Shown: in pieces, positions 21,417-31,300 of the stretch
Layout: each line of letters begins with the position of its first letter
Position numbering within the stretch: the first letter of the stretch is position 1
Virus record (IMG/VR): IMGVR_UViG_3300021467_000006
Coordinates: 1 to 64,000 of that record
DNA length: 64,000 nt
Strand: one strand, 5' to 3'
DNA from: a virus
Translations under genes and position numbers: made by a program
Notes under the pieces: model-generated
What the model saw: only the letters and a program-made list of their open reading frames with translations
The model's database searches: none
What the model was told of the DNA's origin: nothing

Positions 21417-22002
21417 CTAACTACTTGTTAGAAGACTTTAGTCATATTTCTACAGCATTGAAGGGGTTTGAACGCCAAAATTTGGGAAAATAGAAATTCT
21501 CCCTCATAGCTAATTTTAGATTTCAAAAAAATAGAGGGCTAATAAATTAATTAGTCCTCTAGAAAACAACTAGGAGGTAATCTGGTGGCAGTATGTCAGA
21601 ACTGTGGAAATAATGTATGTAGGAATGGAAAGATCTGGATAGAAAAGGAAGGGATAGTCTTTGTATTTTGCAAGGCTTGCAGACTTAAAGTAAAGATTCC
21701 TGTAGAACATGGCAGAGCTTATTTATTTGCTTTTATGGCTGCAAACATAGCTGATTGGATAGAGTTGAATTAAAAAGCTGTTCCCCCTATGTCCGCTATC
21801 ACAGGGGGAATGGTAAGAAAGGAGGTTAGGAGAGGAAGGAATGGCTTTTGTGAATTCAAGAATGTTATAACAAGGCATAATGATTTTGTCAAAACTTTTT
21901 TGAAATTGAAAGGAGACATAAAAAATGTTATATAAAAATTCATCGGAAAAAATAAAAAAGAAGCCCTCAATTTCTAGGACGATTGAGGGCAACTAGCAAG
22001 AG

Positions 22003-23163
22003 GTGCAGTTAATGAACCTAACTAGGATTGATAGTAACAAAAACAGATTAAAAAATCAAGAAGAATTTTTAGAAAAAAATAAAATTCTTGAAAGATATCT
22101 CCACGAACTAAATCCCATCAATTATCTATCCGAAATCTTTAATAATTCAGAAGTCAATTATTTCATCCCCAAATTATCAAGACCAGAAAGAGGGGATATC
22201 TATGATGTTTTAGATTCTGCCTGGTATGAAGGTGGTATCTATGTTTCCTACCAAGATTTTGATGGAAGAGAATTCAGAAGAGAAAATCTGAAAGCAATCA
22301 GATGCTTGGTAGCAGACATAGATGATATAGATTCAAGAGATATCTATGAAATCATTCAGCTAATTAATTCGGGTATTCTCTTCCCAACTTATCTAGTGAA
22401 TTCTGGAAATGGAATTCATCTTATTTTCAAACTCAAAAGAGCGATATCTTACTCAGAAAGCATAGAGAATCTGAATAGGAAAATTTTGGAGAACATAAAA
22501 GAGAAATTACCTACCACAGATATTCTCCCACTCACACACTATTATCGAGTTCCAGGGTCTTATACAAAATTTGGAGAGAAAGCTACAGTTTTTCGAGCCG
22601 GAGATGAAATAGAACTCAGAGAAATAAGGATGATAAAAAATTATGAAAAAATTATGAAAAATAGAATCTATTCTGAACCTAATGCACACCCAATGTTTTA
22701 TTACTGGTTCAGATCAAAAATACTAGAAACAGCTATAAAAGGGTGCAGATATACGTCATTATATGCACTTTGTATAGTTGCTTGGAAATGCAAAATATCT
22801 AAAAAACAGCTAGAAAAAGACCTAAAACATATAGTTTCTGCATGGAATAAGAAATTTTATTATGATCCTCTGAAAGAAAACGAGATAAAGAAAGCATTAA
22901 AAGCCTATAAACCAATATCTGTAAGTGCAAGAAGAAAATATTTGAATACGCTTGTTAACTTCAAGATGAAACCTAAACATGAAAAAACACTAAGGGGACA
23001 TCTGAAGGAAGTAGGTAGGAAGAAAAAAGATAGAAGTAGAAAGAAGATACAATATTGGCTTAAAAAGCTAGAAAATCCATCAATAACAAAGCTAATGAAT
23101 AAGACTGAGATGGATTATAAAACTATCAAAAAATACCTAAAAAGCTGGAAAATAGAGCTGTAA
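22003..23163 (+). CDS. plasmid-type replication initiator / archaeo-eukaryotic primase with PriCT-like and C-terminal HTH-like regions
   Basis: ADIDD, PTYLVNSGNGIHLIFKL and RVPGS primase motifs; GCRYTSLYAL PriCT-like segment. Confidence 0.75.
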   Translation: MQLMNLTRIDSNKNRLKNQEEFLEKNKILERYLHELNPINYLSEIFNNSEVNYFIPKLSRPERGDIYDVLDSAWYEGGIYVSYQDFDGREFRRENLKAIRCLVADIDDIDSRDIYEIIQLINSGILFPTYLVNSGNGIHLIFKLKRAISYSESIENLNRKILENIKEKLPTTDILPLTHYYRVPGSYTKFGEKATVFRAGDEIELREIRMIKNYEKIMKNRIYSEPNAHPMFYYWFRSKILETAIKGCRYTSLYALCIVAWKCKISKKQLEKDLKHIVSAWNKKFYYDPLKENEIKKALKAYKPISVSARRKYLNTLVNFKMKPKHEKTLRGHLKEVGRKKKDRSRKKIQYWLKKLENPSITKLMNKTEMDYKTIKKYLKSWKIEL

Positions 23164-23280
23164 ATAAGAGGCTCTAAGGTGGTTATAAAAAAGTGGAGAA
23201 AATCCGCATATTAAGTGGCTGTAATCACTACAATAAATACCCCTATTTTATTGGAATTCAGAAGGACTATAATACTTTAT

Positions 23281-23520
23281 ATATAGAGGGGGTTTGTTAG
23301 GGGGTATGATAGCCACCTAGTGATACCTAATAGCCAGTATGATATCTAATAGCCACCTAATAACAGCTTAACAGCAATACATAATAGCAGATTAATAGCA
23401 GGTATTATGAGATTTCTAGTGATGTAATAATACAACAAAATAGCTTAATAATAGTGCATTATAGGGGGTTTTTATGTGTTTATACTATCAAGCCGGCGGA
23501 TTTCATAATTTTTGTTATGA
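23281..23520. repeat. candidate replication origin downstream of the Rep gene
   Basis: Short direct repeats TAGCCA(CCTA) at about 23310, 23331 and 23350; G runs; palindrome at 23503. Confidence 0.45.
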
Positions 23521-23628
23521 AATTTAAAAAGTGCAAAAATAGGGTATTATGTGGTGTTATGAAATTATTATGATTTTTTTGTTTAGAAATACTAAACTTC
23601 AAAAAATGCTTATTATTGATATTTTTAA

Positions 23629-23657
23629 TTGACAATGATGGGGAAATATAGTATTAT
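23629..23657 (+). promoter_or_regulatory. phage promoter TTGACA-N14-TAG-TATTAT
   Basis: 17-nt spacer. Confidence 0.75.
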
Positions 23658-23683
23658 CTGATACCAAGAAAGGAGGCAAAGAT

Positions 23684-24028
23684 ATGTTTGAAGTTATTCC
23701 TTATGATTTACTGGAAGAAGATGAGAAATTTGAGTTAGATGATTTTGTTGGCAATATGAAGAAGGCTGGCTTGGATTTATATGTTATTGCAATTACTAAA
23801 GAAATTGATGAAGAATTTATCAGCTTCAGGATACTGAATCTCAGCTACGTCATTCAGGTTTTTGTAAAGAGAGACGAATTAAGCTATGAAAAGTTGATGA
23901 ATGAAATAGAAAAAGAAATGGCAAATAGGCTGGAAAATAGCTATAGAATGTACAATCTTGCTTCAGAGAAGTGCAATGAAATAAGAGAGAAATTAGGTAT
24001 CAAAAAGGAGCTTGAAAATGTTAAATAA
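23684..24028 (+). CDS. hypothetical protein
   Basis: ORF with AGGAGG RBS. Confidence 0.75.
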   Translation: MFEVIPYDLLEEDEKFELDDFVGNMKKAGLDLYVIAITKEIDEEFISFRILNLSYVIQVFVKRDELSYEKLMNEIEKEMANRLENSYRMYNLASEKCNEIREKLGIKKELENVK

Positions 24029-25058
24029 GATAGTAAGTGCAATAATGAGAAATGAAAAAGACCCTGAATTGAATCCTATCAGAATAACCCCTGATGGCTA
24101 TTTGGAATGTATGTCAGGGATATTATATGGGAAATTCAAGCTCTTTGAGAAAGGAGAACATGCAATAAACAGCGATATCTACATGAATTATAAAATATTC
24201 AATTCAATCCTTTATCCTTCTCTCTCAGAAAACCCTACCATAACCCTTAAAAACAATGTATTAAACATACTCAGCAAAGAATCCAATCTAAAGATAAACC
24301 TCTCTATGCCTTTTGATGATTATAAAAAGACATTGGAAGAACTGAGAGATAGATTGGAAGAGATGAATGAGAAAACAGATTGGATAGTTTCTGGAGAGGA
24401 CTTCAAAGAATATGCTTATTTATTGAAAGAAAACATGAAGATAGCTAAATCGTTAAGCGCTTATAAAGATCTTAATTATCTGAAGATAACTGATAGAAAG
24501 ATTCTTTCATTTTCTCCTATTTCTATGATGGCAGCTAGTACAAATTTTCACACACATATCAAATCAGATGTGCCTGGAGTTCTAGTAGATTTGATTCTTT
24601 CTTCAGAACCTTTATATATGGAATTTGCCGAAGAATATATAATTGTGAGATATAACGAGGGAGAAGTTATATGCAAAAAATTGACATATGATGAATTGGA
24701 ATATAAGCATTTTCTTGAAGATTTGGAGAAGCAGGGTTCTATAGCATTGGATAGCATAGATAAGTTCTGGAGTATGGCTCAATTCATAGAATCTTCTTAT
24801 TGGGTAAAGAATCTTCATATAAAAGGCAAATATCCAAATGGATATATAATGCTAAAATCCCCTACTGCTAATATAAAACGAAAGATAAAGATATCTTCTG
24901 GAATGGTAGATGTAAAAATAAGCCCTCAGATATTCAAATTGATATATAAATTAGGTCTTTCAGACGTTTCTGAATCAGATAGAGTATATACATTTATGTC
25001 TGAAAATAAGGATTTAATATTTGTTATTTCAAAGGAATTAGAAGGAGAACAGTTATGA
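24012..25058 (+). CDS. putative divergent DNA sliding clamp (DnaN-like)
   Basis: 348 aa; N-terminus LNKIVSAI..EKDPELNPIRI resembles DnaN; just upstream of the polymerase; clamp loader present in the same module. Confidence 0.5.
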   Translation: MKMLNKIVSAIMRNEKDPELNPIRITPDGYLECMSGILYGKFKLFEKGEHAINSDIYMNYKIFNSILYPSLSENPTITLKNNVLNILSKESNLKINLSMPFDDYKKTLEELRDRLEEMNEKTDWIVSGEDFKEYAYLLKENMKIAKSLSAYKDLNYLKITDRKILSFSPISMMAASTNFHTHIKSDVPGVLVDLILSSEPLYMEFAEEYIIVRYNEGEVICKKLTYDELEYKHFLEDLEKQGSIALDSIDKFWSMAQFIESSYWVKNLHIKGKYPNGYIMLKSPTANIKRKIKISSGMVDVKISPQIFKLIYKLGLSDVSESDRVYTFMSENKDLIFVISKELEGEQL

Positions 25059-25257
25059 TTATTTATAAATGTGATATCTGTGGAAAAGAAACTATGTATG
25101 CCTCTGAAGTAATTAGACCTGAATGGTTTGATTCGAAAAGAGTAGTAATTTGTGATGATTGTAAATATACTCTACAGAACGTAACTGGTTATAATTTTAA
25201 TGATGTCGATTTTCTAATCAGTATTTTAAGAATTGCATTTCCTAATTAGGGTGAAAA

Positions 25258-27729
25258 ATGGGCTGTCCTTGCAAGATATATAACAGAATGATACCTCCTG
25301 AAGGCAGTAAGAATCCTGAAATATATATAGTGGGTGAGGCGCCTGGTAAATTAGAGAATATAGAAGGAGTGCCTTTTATAGGGGAATCTGGACAGCTTCT
25401 CCGTACAGCTATGCGAATTGTAAATAAAGCCATTGGTAGAAAGTTTAGGTATAGAATAAATAATTCCTGTCTTTGCTCCCCGAAAGATAAAGAAGGAAAT
25501 ATAAGAACTCCCACATTTGCTGAAAGTATGAACTGCTCCAGAATTCATCTATATTCTGATATTGCCAAACATCCACCATCAAAAGGTATTATTACGTTAG
25601 GTAAGTTGGCTATCTCGGTTATTCTGGGTGAAAATATAAAATCAATGAAGCAATGTATAGGTTCTGTATATGAGTTTCATGGTATAAAAGTATATCCTTT
25701 CTACCATCCTTCTTATATAAAAAGAAATGGAGGTACTTCTTCATTACTTTTCAAAAAGCTAATAGATCATATAGAAGAAGTATTAACAGGTAAAAAACAA
25801 ATAACTAAAATAAGTACAGAAGTAAAATTGAATTATGAATATATAGTTGTCAAAGATGAAGAGGTAGATAAAATATTTGAAGAAGAAATATTAAATAAAA
25901 AATATATATGCCTTGATATAGAAACAAATGGTTTAGCATATAAATTAAACCATATAAAAACCAGATGTATAGGAATAGCTGTAGATAGAAGAAAAGCATA
26001 TATTTTCCTTCCTTCAGAGAAAGTAAATAAAAATCTGGATAAATTATTTCGATCAGAAACAAAAATTTTAGGTCAAAATATAGGATTTGATATAGGGTTT
26101 TTATGCTATAAAAATGGATATAAATGGCCTAAAGTATTAACTGATACGATGCTTGCAGGTTATCTATTAAACGAAAACCAACGCAGATATAATCTTCTTG
26201 AATTATACAGGCGTTATCTTCCAGAATTTGTAAAATATAAAAAAGAGGCGGAAGGCAATGTCCTTCATATGAATGATAAGCAATTATATGAATATAATGC
26301 TGCTGACTGCGTAGGAGAGTTAAGATTAGCTGAGAAACTGTATAAAAAGCTGAGGAAAGAAAAATTATTATGGCTTCATGATAATATTATGATCCCAGCC
26401 TTAAAGGTTATACACCGTAAAGAACAGAGAGGGGTTAGATTCGATGTTCCTTATATGAAGAAATTAGATGCTTTTTTAGCCAAAAGGCAGCATGTAATCG
26501 AAAGAAATATAAGAAGCCAACCAGATTTTATTGAATTCAGAAAGCATTATAAAACAGTAAAACTTACCTCTCCTATAGATATCAGGAATTTCTTCATAGA
26601 ATTCAAGAAGTATCCTGTAGTATCAACAAGTAAGAAAACCAAACTTCCGGCAATGGATGTTAAGACATTAGAATATTATGCAGATAATTTAGATTGCAAA
26701 ATAGCAAAGCTATTATTAAAACTCAGAAAGATACAAAAAGCCAGATCTACCTATCTATCCGGTTTAATATCAAAACTAATAGGAGATATAGGATATCCTA
26801 CCTATAATCTAACCCGTACTGCTACAGGAAGATTAAGTTCAGGAGGGAGAACAAAAGGAATAGATACAAATAAAGCTAAAATAAAACTATTTCAAGACGA
26901 TATTGCAATCTCTGATTTCAATATACAAAATATTCCCAGTAGAGATAAAACATTAAAAAACATAGTTATTGCAAGAGAGGGCAGGGTATTAATTGCTGCT
27001 GATTATGATACAACTGAAATAAAATGTGCTGCTGCTTATTCAAAATGCCCAGCAATGAGAGAATTCTGTAATGATAAAAAGAAAGATTTTCATACTCTTA
27101 TTGCTTCAGAAGTCTTTAATGTACCTTATAATGAAGTATCAAAAGAGCTAAGAACAATAGCAAAAAGCATATCTTTTGGGGTATTATATGGCATGACTAA
27201 AGAAGGGTTGGCATTAAGGTTAGGAATCTCCGTAGATGAAGCAGAGAGATATATAAATGAATATTTTGAGAGGATGCCTGAAGTAAAAGAAGCAATAGAT
27301 AGAGCTATAGATAATGTTAGAAAATATGGATATGTTGTTAATCCTTTTGGTAGAAGACGTAGATTTGAATATTTAAATGCTGAAGTTGAGAGAGAGGCAT
27401 TTAATGCAATTATCCAATCCTTTTCGTCAGATTTATTGCTATTTGCGCTTATAAAATTAGATTCTTTATGCGAAAGAGAAGATCCTGAAACAGAACCAAT
27501 TTATCCATTAATTGACGTCCACGATAGTATTGTGGTAGAAGCCTATGACCATCCAGCTACAATCGAAGAGGCAATAGAAATGATAACATATTCAATGGTT
27601 AAATATCCGCTGGAAAACAGAGTGGTAAAAAAAGCATTATGGGGCGTCAGACCTTCAATAGATATAAAAATAGGCTATAAATGGGGGGATATGATAGATT
27701 ATAAAGAATTTATGCAAAAATATTGTTGA
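25258..27729 (+). CDS. polA: DNA polymerase family A with an N-terminal family-4 uracil-DNA-glycosylase-like domain
   Basis: VGEAPG and YHPSY UDG motifs with Cys ligands; DIET exonuclease motif; TATGRLSS; motifs A (ADYDTTE), B (RTIAKSISFGVLYG) and C (VHDS). Confidence 0.93.
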   Translation: MGCPCKIYNRMIPPEGSKNPEIYIVGEAPGKLENIEGVPFIGESGQLLRTAMRIVNKAIGRKFRYRINNSCLCSPKDKEGNIRTPTFAESMNCSRIHLYSDIAKHPPSKGIITLGKLAISVILGENIKSMKQCIGSVYEFHGIKVYPFYHPSYIKRNGGTSSLLFKKLIDHIEEVLTGKKQITKISTEVKLNYEYIVVKDEEVDKIFEEEILNKKYICLDIETNGLAYKLNHIKTRCIGIAVDRRKAYIFLPSEKVNKNLDKLFRSETKILGQNIGFDIGFLCYKNGYKWPKVLTDTMLAGYLLNENQRRYNLLELYRRYLPEFVKYKKEAEGNVLHMNDKQLYEYNAADCVGELRLAEKLYKKLRKEKLLWLHDNIMIPALKVIHRKEQRGVRFDVPYMKKLDAFLAKRQHVIERNIRSQPDFIEFRKHYKTVKLTSPIDIRNFFIEFKKYPVVSTSKKTKLPAMDVKTLEYYADNLDCKIAKLLLKLRKIQKARSTYLSGLISKLIGDIGYPTYNLTRTATGRLSSGGRTKGIDTNKAKIKLFQDDIAISDFNIQNIPSRDKTLKNIVIAREGRVLIAADYDTTEIKCAAAYSKCPAMREFCNDKKKDFHTLIASEVFNVPYNEVSKELRTIAKSISFGVLYGMTKEGLALRLGISVDEAERYINEYFERMPEVKEAIDRAIDNVRKYGYVVNPFGRRRRFEYLNAEVEREAFNAIIQSFSSDLLLFALIKLDSLCEREDPETEPIYPLIDVHDSIVVEAYDHPATIEEAIEMITYSMVKYPLENRVVKKALWGVRPSIDIKIGYKWGDMIDYKEFMQKYC

Positions 27730-27754
27730 CAAACAGTTAAAAATGTAGTATTAT
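27726..27754 (+). promoter_or_regulatory. phage promoter TTGACA-N14-TAG-TATTAT
   Basis: 17-nt spacer. Confidence 0.75.
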
Positions 27755-27782
27755 CATTAGCGTTTAAAAAGGAGAAAAGATT

Positions 27783-28112
27783 ATGAAAAAAGTTGTTTTG
27801 GTTAGGATTGGAAGTACCTACATTGTAGGTGAAAAAAAGGCCAATTTCATATGGAAACCGCTATTAATTAGATTCACACCTAATCCGCAAAACCCCAAGG
27901 AAATCAGAATTGATATGGCTTCTCCATTTATGGGAATGGTTGAGCCTTCTGGCAGTAGATTTGTTTTACCAGAAGGAGGATATTTCATCACTGAAGCACC
28001 TTCTGAAATGGAGAAAGCCTGGAGGCAATCCGTTTCAGGATTAAAGATACCTGATATAAATGAGATTAATAAAATAGCCAATGTTAAACATCCAAATGGT
28101 TTTAAAAAATGA
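27783..28112 (+). CDS. hypothetical protein
   Basis: ORF with RBS after a promoter. Confidence 0.7.
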   Translation: MKKVVLVRIGSTYIVGEKKANFIWKPLLIRFTPNPQNPKEIRIDMASPFMGMVEPSGSRFVLPEGGYFITEAPSEMEKAWRQSVSGLKIPDINEINKIANVKHPNGFKK

Positions 28113-28657
28113 ACGATATTAAAATAAAGAAGTTATTACATGAAAACAAATTCCTCATAGCCGAGGTTTCCATAGATACATCTTCTATGGCAGCCTTGGT
28201 AAAAGAGGCTAAATTAAACCCTATTAAAAAAGCCCAATGGGCAATGATTGAAAGAGAATTAACAAAAAGGGCAAAAGAACTAGCTGTAAAAAGAGATGAA
28301 TTGGTTGCTAAATTAACAGATGATATAGTAAGAAATGCAGAAAAAAATGGTAAACCAATAGCCTCTTCAGCGGTAAAAGACCTACAAAAAACCAAGATTC
28401 CTCTTTATAAAGAGTATACAAATCTTGATAAATTGGTAAGAGAAGCAGAAGCTGATGCCAGATTTGCTAGCAGAATGTATTCCATTATGGAATCACGAGG
28501 AAGAGCTATTGATTATCTATTAAAAATTGAAGAAAAATTAAGTTTGAAGGAAAAGATAGCCTTTTCTGATTCAGAAGTAATGCAAAATAGGCATAAAATA
28601 ATGAAAGGCAAACTTATGAAAATCTATAAAAAATATGGAGGTTTGAAAAATGAATGA
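28109..28657 (+). CDS. UvsY-like recombination mediator
   Basis: Helical protein; MESRGRAI resembles the C-terminal SRGxAI of T4 UvsY; SSB and RecA nearby. Confidence 0.55.
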   Translation: MNDIKIKKLLHENKFLIAEVSIDTSSMAALVKEAKLNPIKKAQWAMIERELTKRAKELAVKRDELVAKLTDDIVRNAEKNGKPIASSAVKDLQKTKIPLYKEYTNLDKLVREAEADARFASRMYSIMESRGRAIDYLLKIEEKLSLKEKIAFSDSEVMQNRHKIMKGKLMKIYKKYGGLKNE

Positions 28658-28888
28658 AGAAAAAATGGAAAAGATGTACAGAGGATATCTATCAAACAAA
28701 TTACCTAAAATGCTTGATGAATTAAAAACTCTGGCAGCAGTACGAGCCAGAAACAAATGGACGTTAAAAAATGCAAAAGAGTTAAGAAGCAAATTTGTAG
28801 AAGTTAAAAAAGAGCTACATAAAGCAAGGCAAATGGCTTTAAAAGTAGATAAAATGAAGGTTAAAAAACTGAATTAAAGGAGGAAAAG

Positions 28889-29710
28889 ATGGATAAAATC
28901 ACAATATCTGATATCAAACAAAGCATAATATTGTGTGAAAAAGACCCTTGGGATTTGGATTTTAATGCTGGTAAGCAGGCTTTTTCGGGTCTCACGGGTG
29001 GTGGGGCAAAATTCGGCAAAGTGTGTCCTTTGAAGAATTATAAAAAACCATGCAAAGTATGTGAAAAAGCAGTTGGTTTATTTAATACTGGATCTAAGCA
29101 GGATGAAGTCATTGCCAGAAAGATATATGCTAAAAAGCAGTGCTTCTGGCCTGTATGGGTTCCTTCGATTGAAAAGAAACCTTTTATTCTTCACACCCCT
29201 GTTTCTGTAGCAGAAGAGATAATGGATGGAGTTTACAATACAAGATTGTGGGGAAATATTTTCCATCCTGTAAAAGGGAGGATTATTTATGTAAGTAAAA
29301 TACCCCCAAAGACCAAGGATGACTGGGTATCTTACAGAACAACTCCAGACCCCGAAGGAACACATAAGTTACCAAATATGAAAATTCTGGAATATGTTCC
29401 TGATATGGATAAGATATTTGAGAAACTAGAGAAAGAAGAAACAGACGGAATCAGGTCTTTAAGGGATATACTTGAGCCTAATGAAAGCCTTAAGATACGT
29501 TTTCTTCCAGATCCTAAGCATCCTTCTCATCCACCACTTAGGATCGTCTGGACGCATTATATTGATGACGTGACACTTGCTTCTCTTGAGGATACAGAAG
29601 TTAGTACTGATGAATTGATGGATAATTCTGTACCTTTTGATACTGCTGAAGTGGATGAGATTCCAGATTTTGAAGGGGATGAGGGAGATGAAGAAGATAT
29701 ATTTGCATAA
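28889..29710 (+). CDS. gp32-like single-stranded DNA-binding protein (apparently permuted)
   Basis: CP-x7-CKVC Zn motif, IRFLP...WTHY motif, highly acidic C-terminal tail. Confidence 0.75.
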   Translation: MDKITISDIKQSIILCEKDPWDLDFNAGKQAFSGLTGGGAKFGKVCPLKNYKKPCKVCEKAVGLFNTGSKQDEVIARKIYAKKQCFWPVWVPSIEKKPFILHTPVSVAEEIMDGVYNTRLWGNIFHPVKGRIIYVSKIPPKTKDDWVSYRTTPDPEGTHKLPNMKILEYVPDMDKIFEKLEKEETDGIRSLRDILEPNESLKIRFLPDPKHPSHPPLRIVWTHYIDDVTLASLEDTEVSTDELMDNSVPFDTAEVDEIPDFEGDEGDEEDIFA

Positions 29711-29894
29711 TACTCCCCTCTGGTTTCTGGTATTTAATCACAGCGGGATGAGATACCTGTACAAAGCTGCACACTTTATAGAGGGGATATGAAAGGGGGT
29801 GATATATGGATCATAGGTCTCTGCTCATAGCTTGTAGGTTGAATTTTTGTTTAACATTAACCAGAAGTAAAAGGAAATAACTGGGATTTTCTTC

Positions 29895-29920
29895 GAGGCC
29901 GATTCATTCGGCCTCATTTT
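29895..29920 (+). terminator. terminator hairpin
   Basis: GAGGCCGA/TCGGCCTC stem followed by ATTTT. Confidence 0.65.
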
Positions 29921-29937
29921 AGTATTAAGGAGAGAGT

Positions 29938-30309
29938 ATGAAGAAAGAAACTAAAAAATGGATAGCCTTCTATTCTCTTGGTGCATTATTTACCGAAGAA
30001 ACCATTCAATATGTAAATGAATTTCCAGATCCTTATGATGTTGAATTCCCTGATTATGCTTTTGCATTTCAATTTTGTAAACAGAATTTTATTGTAGATG
30101 ATGAGGATAGCCGTTATAAAGGAGAGATTATTTATCTTCCACCTGTATATATGCATCCTGATACAAAAAAAGTATATTTAGATGAAGAAGGGAATATTTC
30201 TCCTTCTATGCGTGAGAACGCTAAAAGTATGGGAAAGGATTATGTTCTGGAAACCAGATTTGGAAGTCATATTCTTTTTGAGGAAGAATTCATAATTATG
30301 AAAAAATGA
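29938..30309 (+). CDS. hypothetical protein
   Basis: ORF with RBS. Confidence 0.7.
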   Translation: MKKETKKWIAFYSLGALFTEETIQYVNEFPDPYDVEFPDYAFAFQFCKQNFIVDDEDSRYKGEIIYLPPVYMHPDTKKVYLDEEGNISPSMRENAKSMGKDYVLETRFGSHILFEEEFIIMKK

Positions 30310-30325
30310 TTTTTAGGAGATTATT

Positions 30326-31288
30326 ATGCTACATGTTAAACACAGACCAAAAACTTTGGATGAATTTTTTGGTAATGAAGCTCTAAAAGAGAGCTTGTCA
30401 GATATATTGAAAAGACCTATTAATGAGATGCCAAGAGCATATCTTTTCTATGGAAAAAGAGGAGCAGGAAAAACTACTTTAGCCAATATTCTAAAAAACT
30501 ATTTAGATGCTGAAGCGGAATATGTTACAGGTTCCGGTGTTGATGATATAAGGGAATTGCTGACCCAGGTAAAATATGGTTCAATGGTAAAGGATAATAA
30601 AATCTTTATCATTGATGAAGCGCATAGGCTTTCCACAAAAGCTGTAGATGAATTATTAGTTGAAATAGAAGAACCCAGAGAAGGAATATTCTTTGTATTA
30701 TGCACAAATGAACATCTCAAACTTCCTGAAACCCTCAGAAGTAGATTGATGCCATTTGAGGTAAAAAATCTATCCAAAGAAGAATCCTTAAAATTTCTCA
30801 CATTTATCTGCAAAAAAGAGAAAATAAAACCAGCCAAAAAAGCACTAACATATCTTGCTTCCAGATTTGAAGGAAACCCCAGGGATATGCTAGTAGCTTT
30901 AGATAAAGTTAAATCCTTCATTTCAAGCTATTCCAAGGTAAAAAAAGCAATAGACGAGCTTTCCAAAGATGATGTAGAAATTATAGATCTATTGAGAATA
31001 TTATTGAAGAAACCTATCAATGGGGCTTCTTCTAAAATAATGATGTTTCAAGAAGCTCTTTCTAAATGCCATGAGAAAATAAAAAAAGATCCAGAATTAG
31101 CCAGAATGGCTATTGGAAGATATATGTCAAAAGTAGCTATGAACCCCTCCAATTGGCAGGTAGCCGGAGATTTAGGGGAATTATTAATAGAACTTGGAGA
31201 ACCTTTTTATTATACAGGTGCAGATATTAAATTGATAGGTATATTATTAAAGATGCATAAAATATTATTGGAAGAGAAATGGACATAA
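30326..31288 (+). CDS. clamp loader AAA+ ATPase (DnaX/RFC-like)
   Basis: KHRPKTLDE, GKRGAGKTT, IIDEAHRL, LRSR and GNPRD motifs. Confidence 0.9.
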   Translation: MLHVKHRPKTLDEFFGNEALKESLSDILKRPINEMPRAYLFYGKRGAGKTTLANILKNYLDAEAEYVTGSGVDDIRELLTQVKYGSMVKDNKIFIIDEAHRLSTKAVDELLVEIEEPREGIFFVLCTNEHLKLPETLRSRLMPFEVKNLSKEESLKFLTFICKKEKIKPAKKALTYLASRFEGNPRDMLVALDKVKSFISSYSKVKKAIDELSKDDVEIIDLLRILLKKPINGASSKIMMFQEALSKCHEKIKKDPELARMAIGRYMSKVAMNPSNWQVAGDLGELLIELGEPFYYTGADIKLIGILLKMHKILLEEKWT

Positions 31289-31300
31289 AGGAGATCAATT

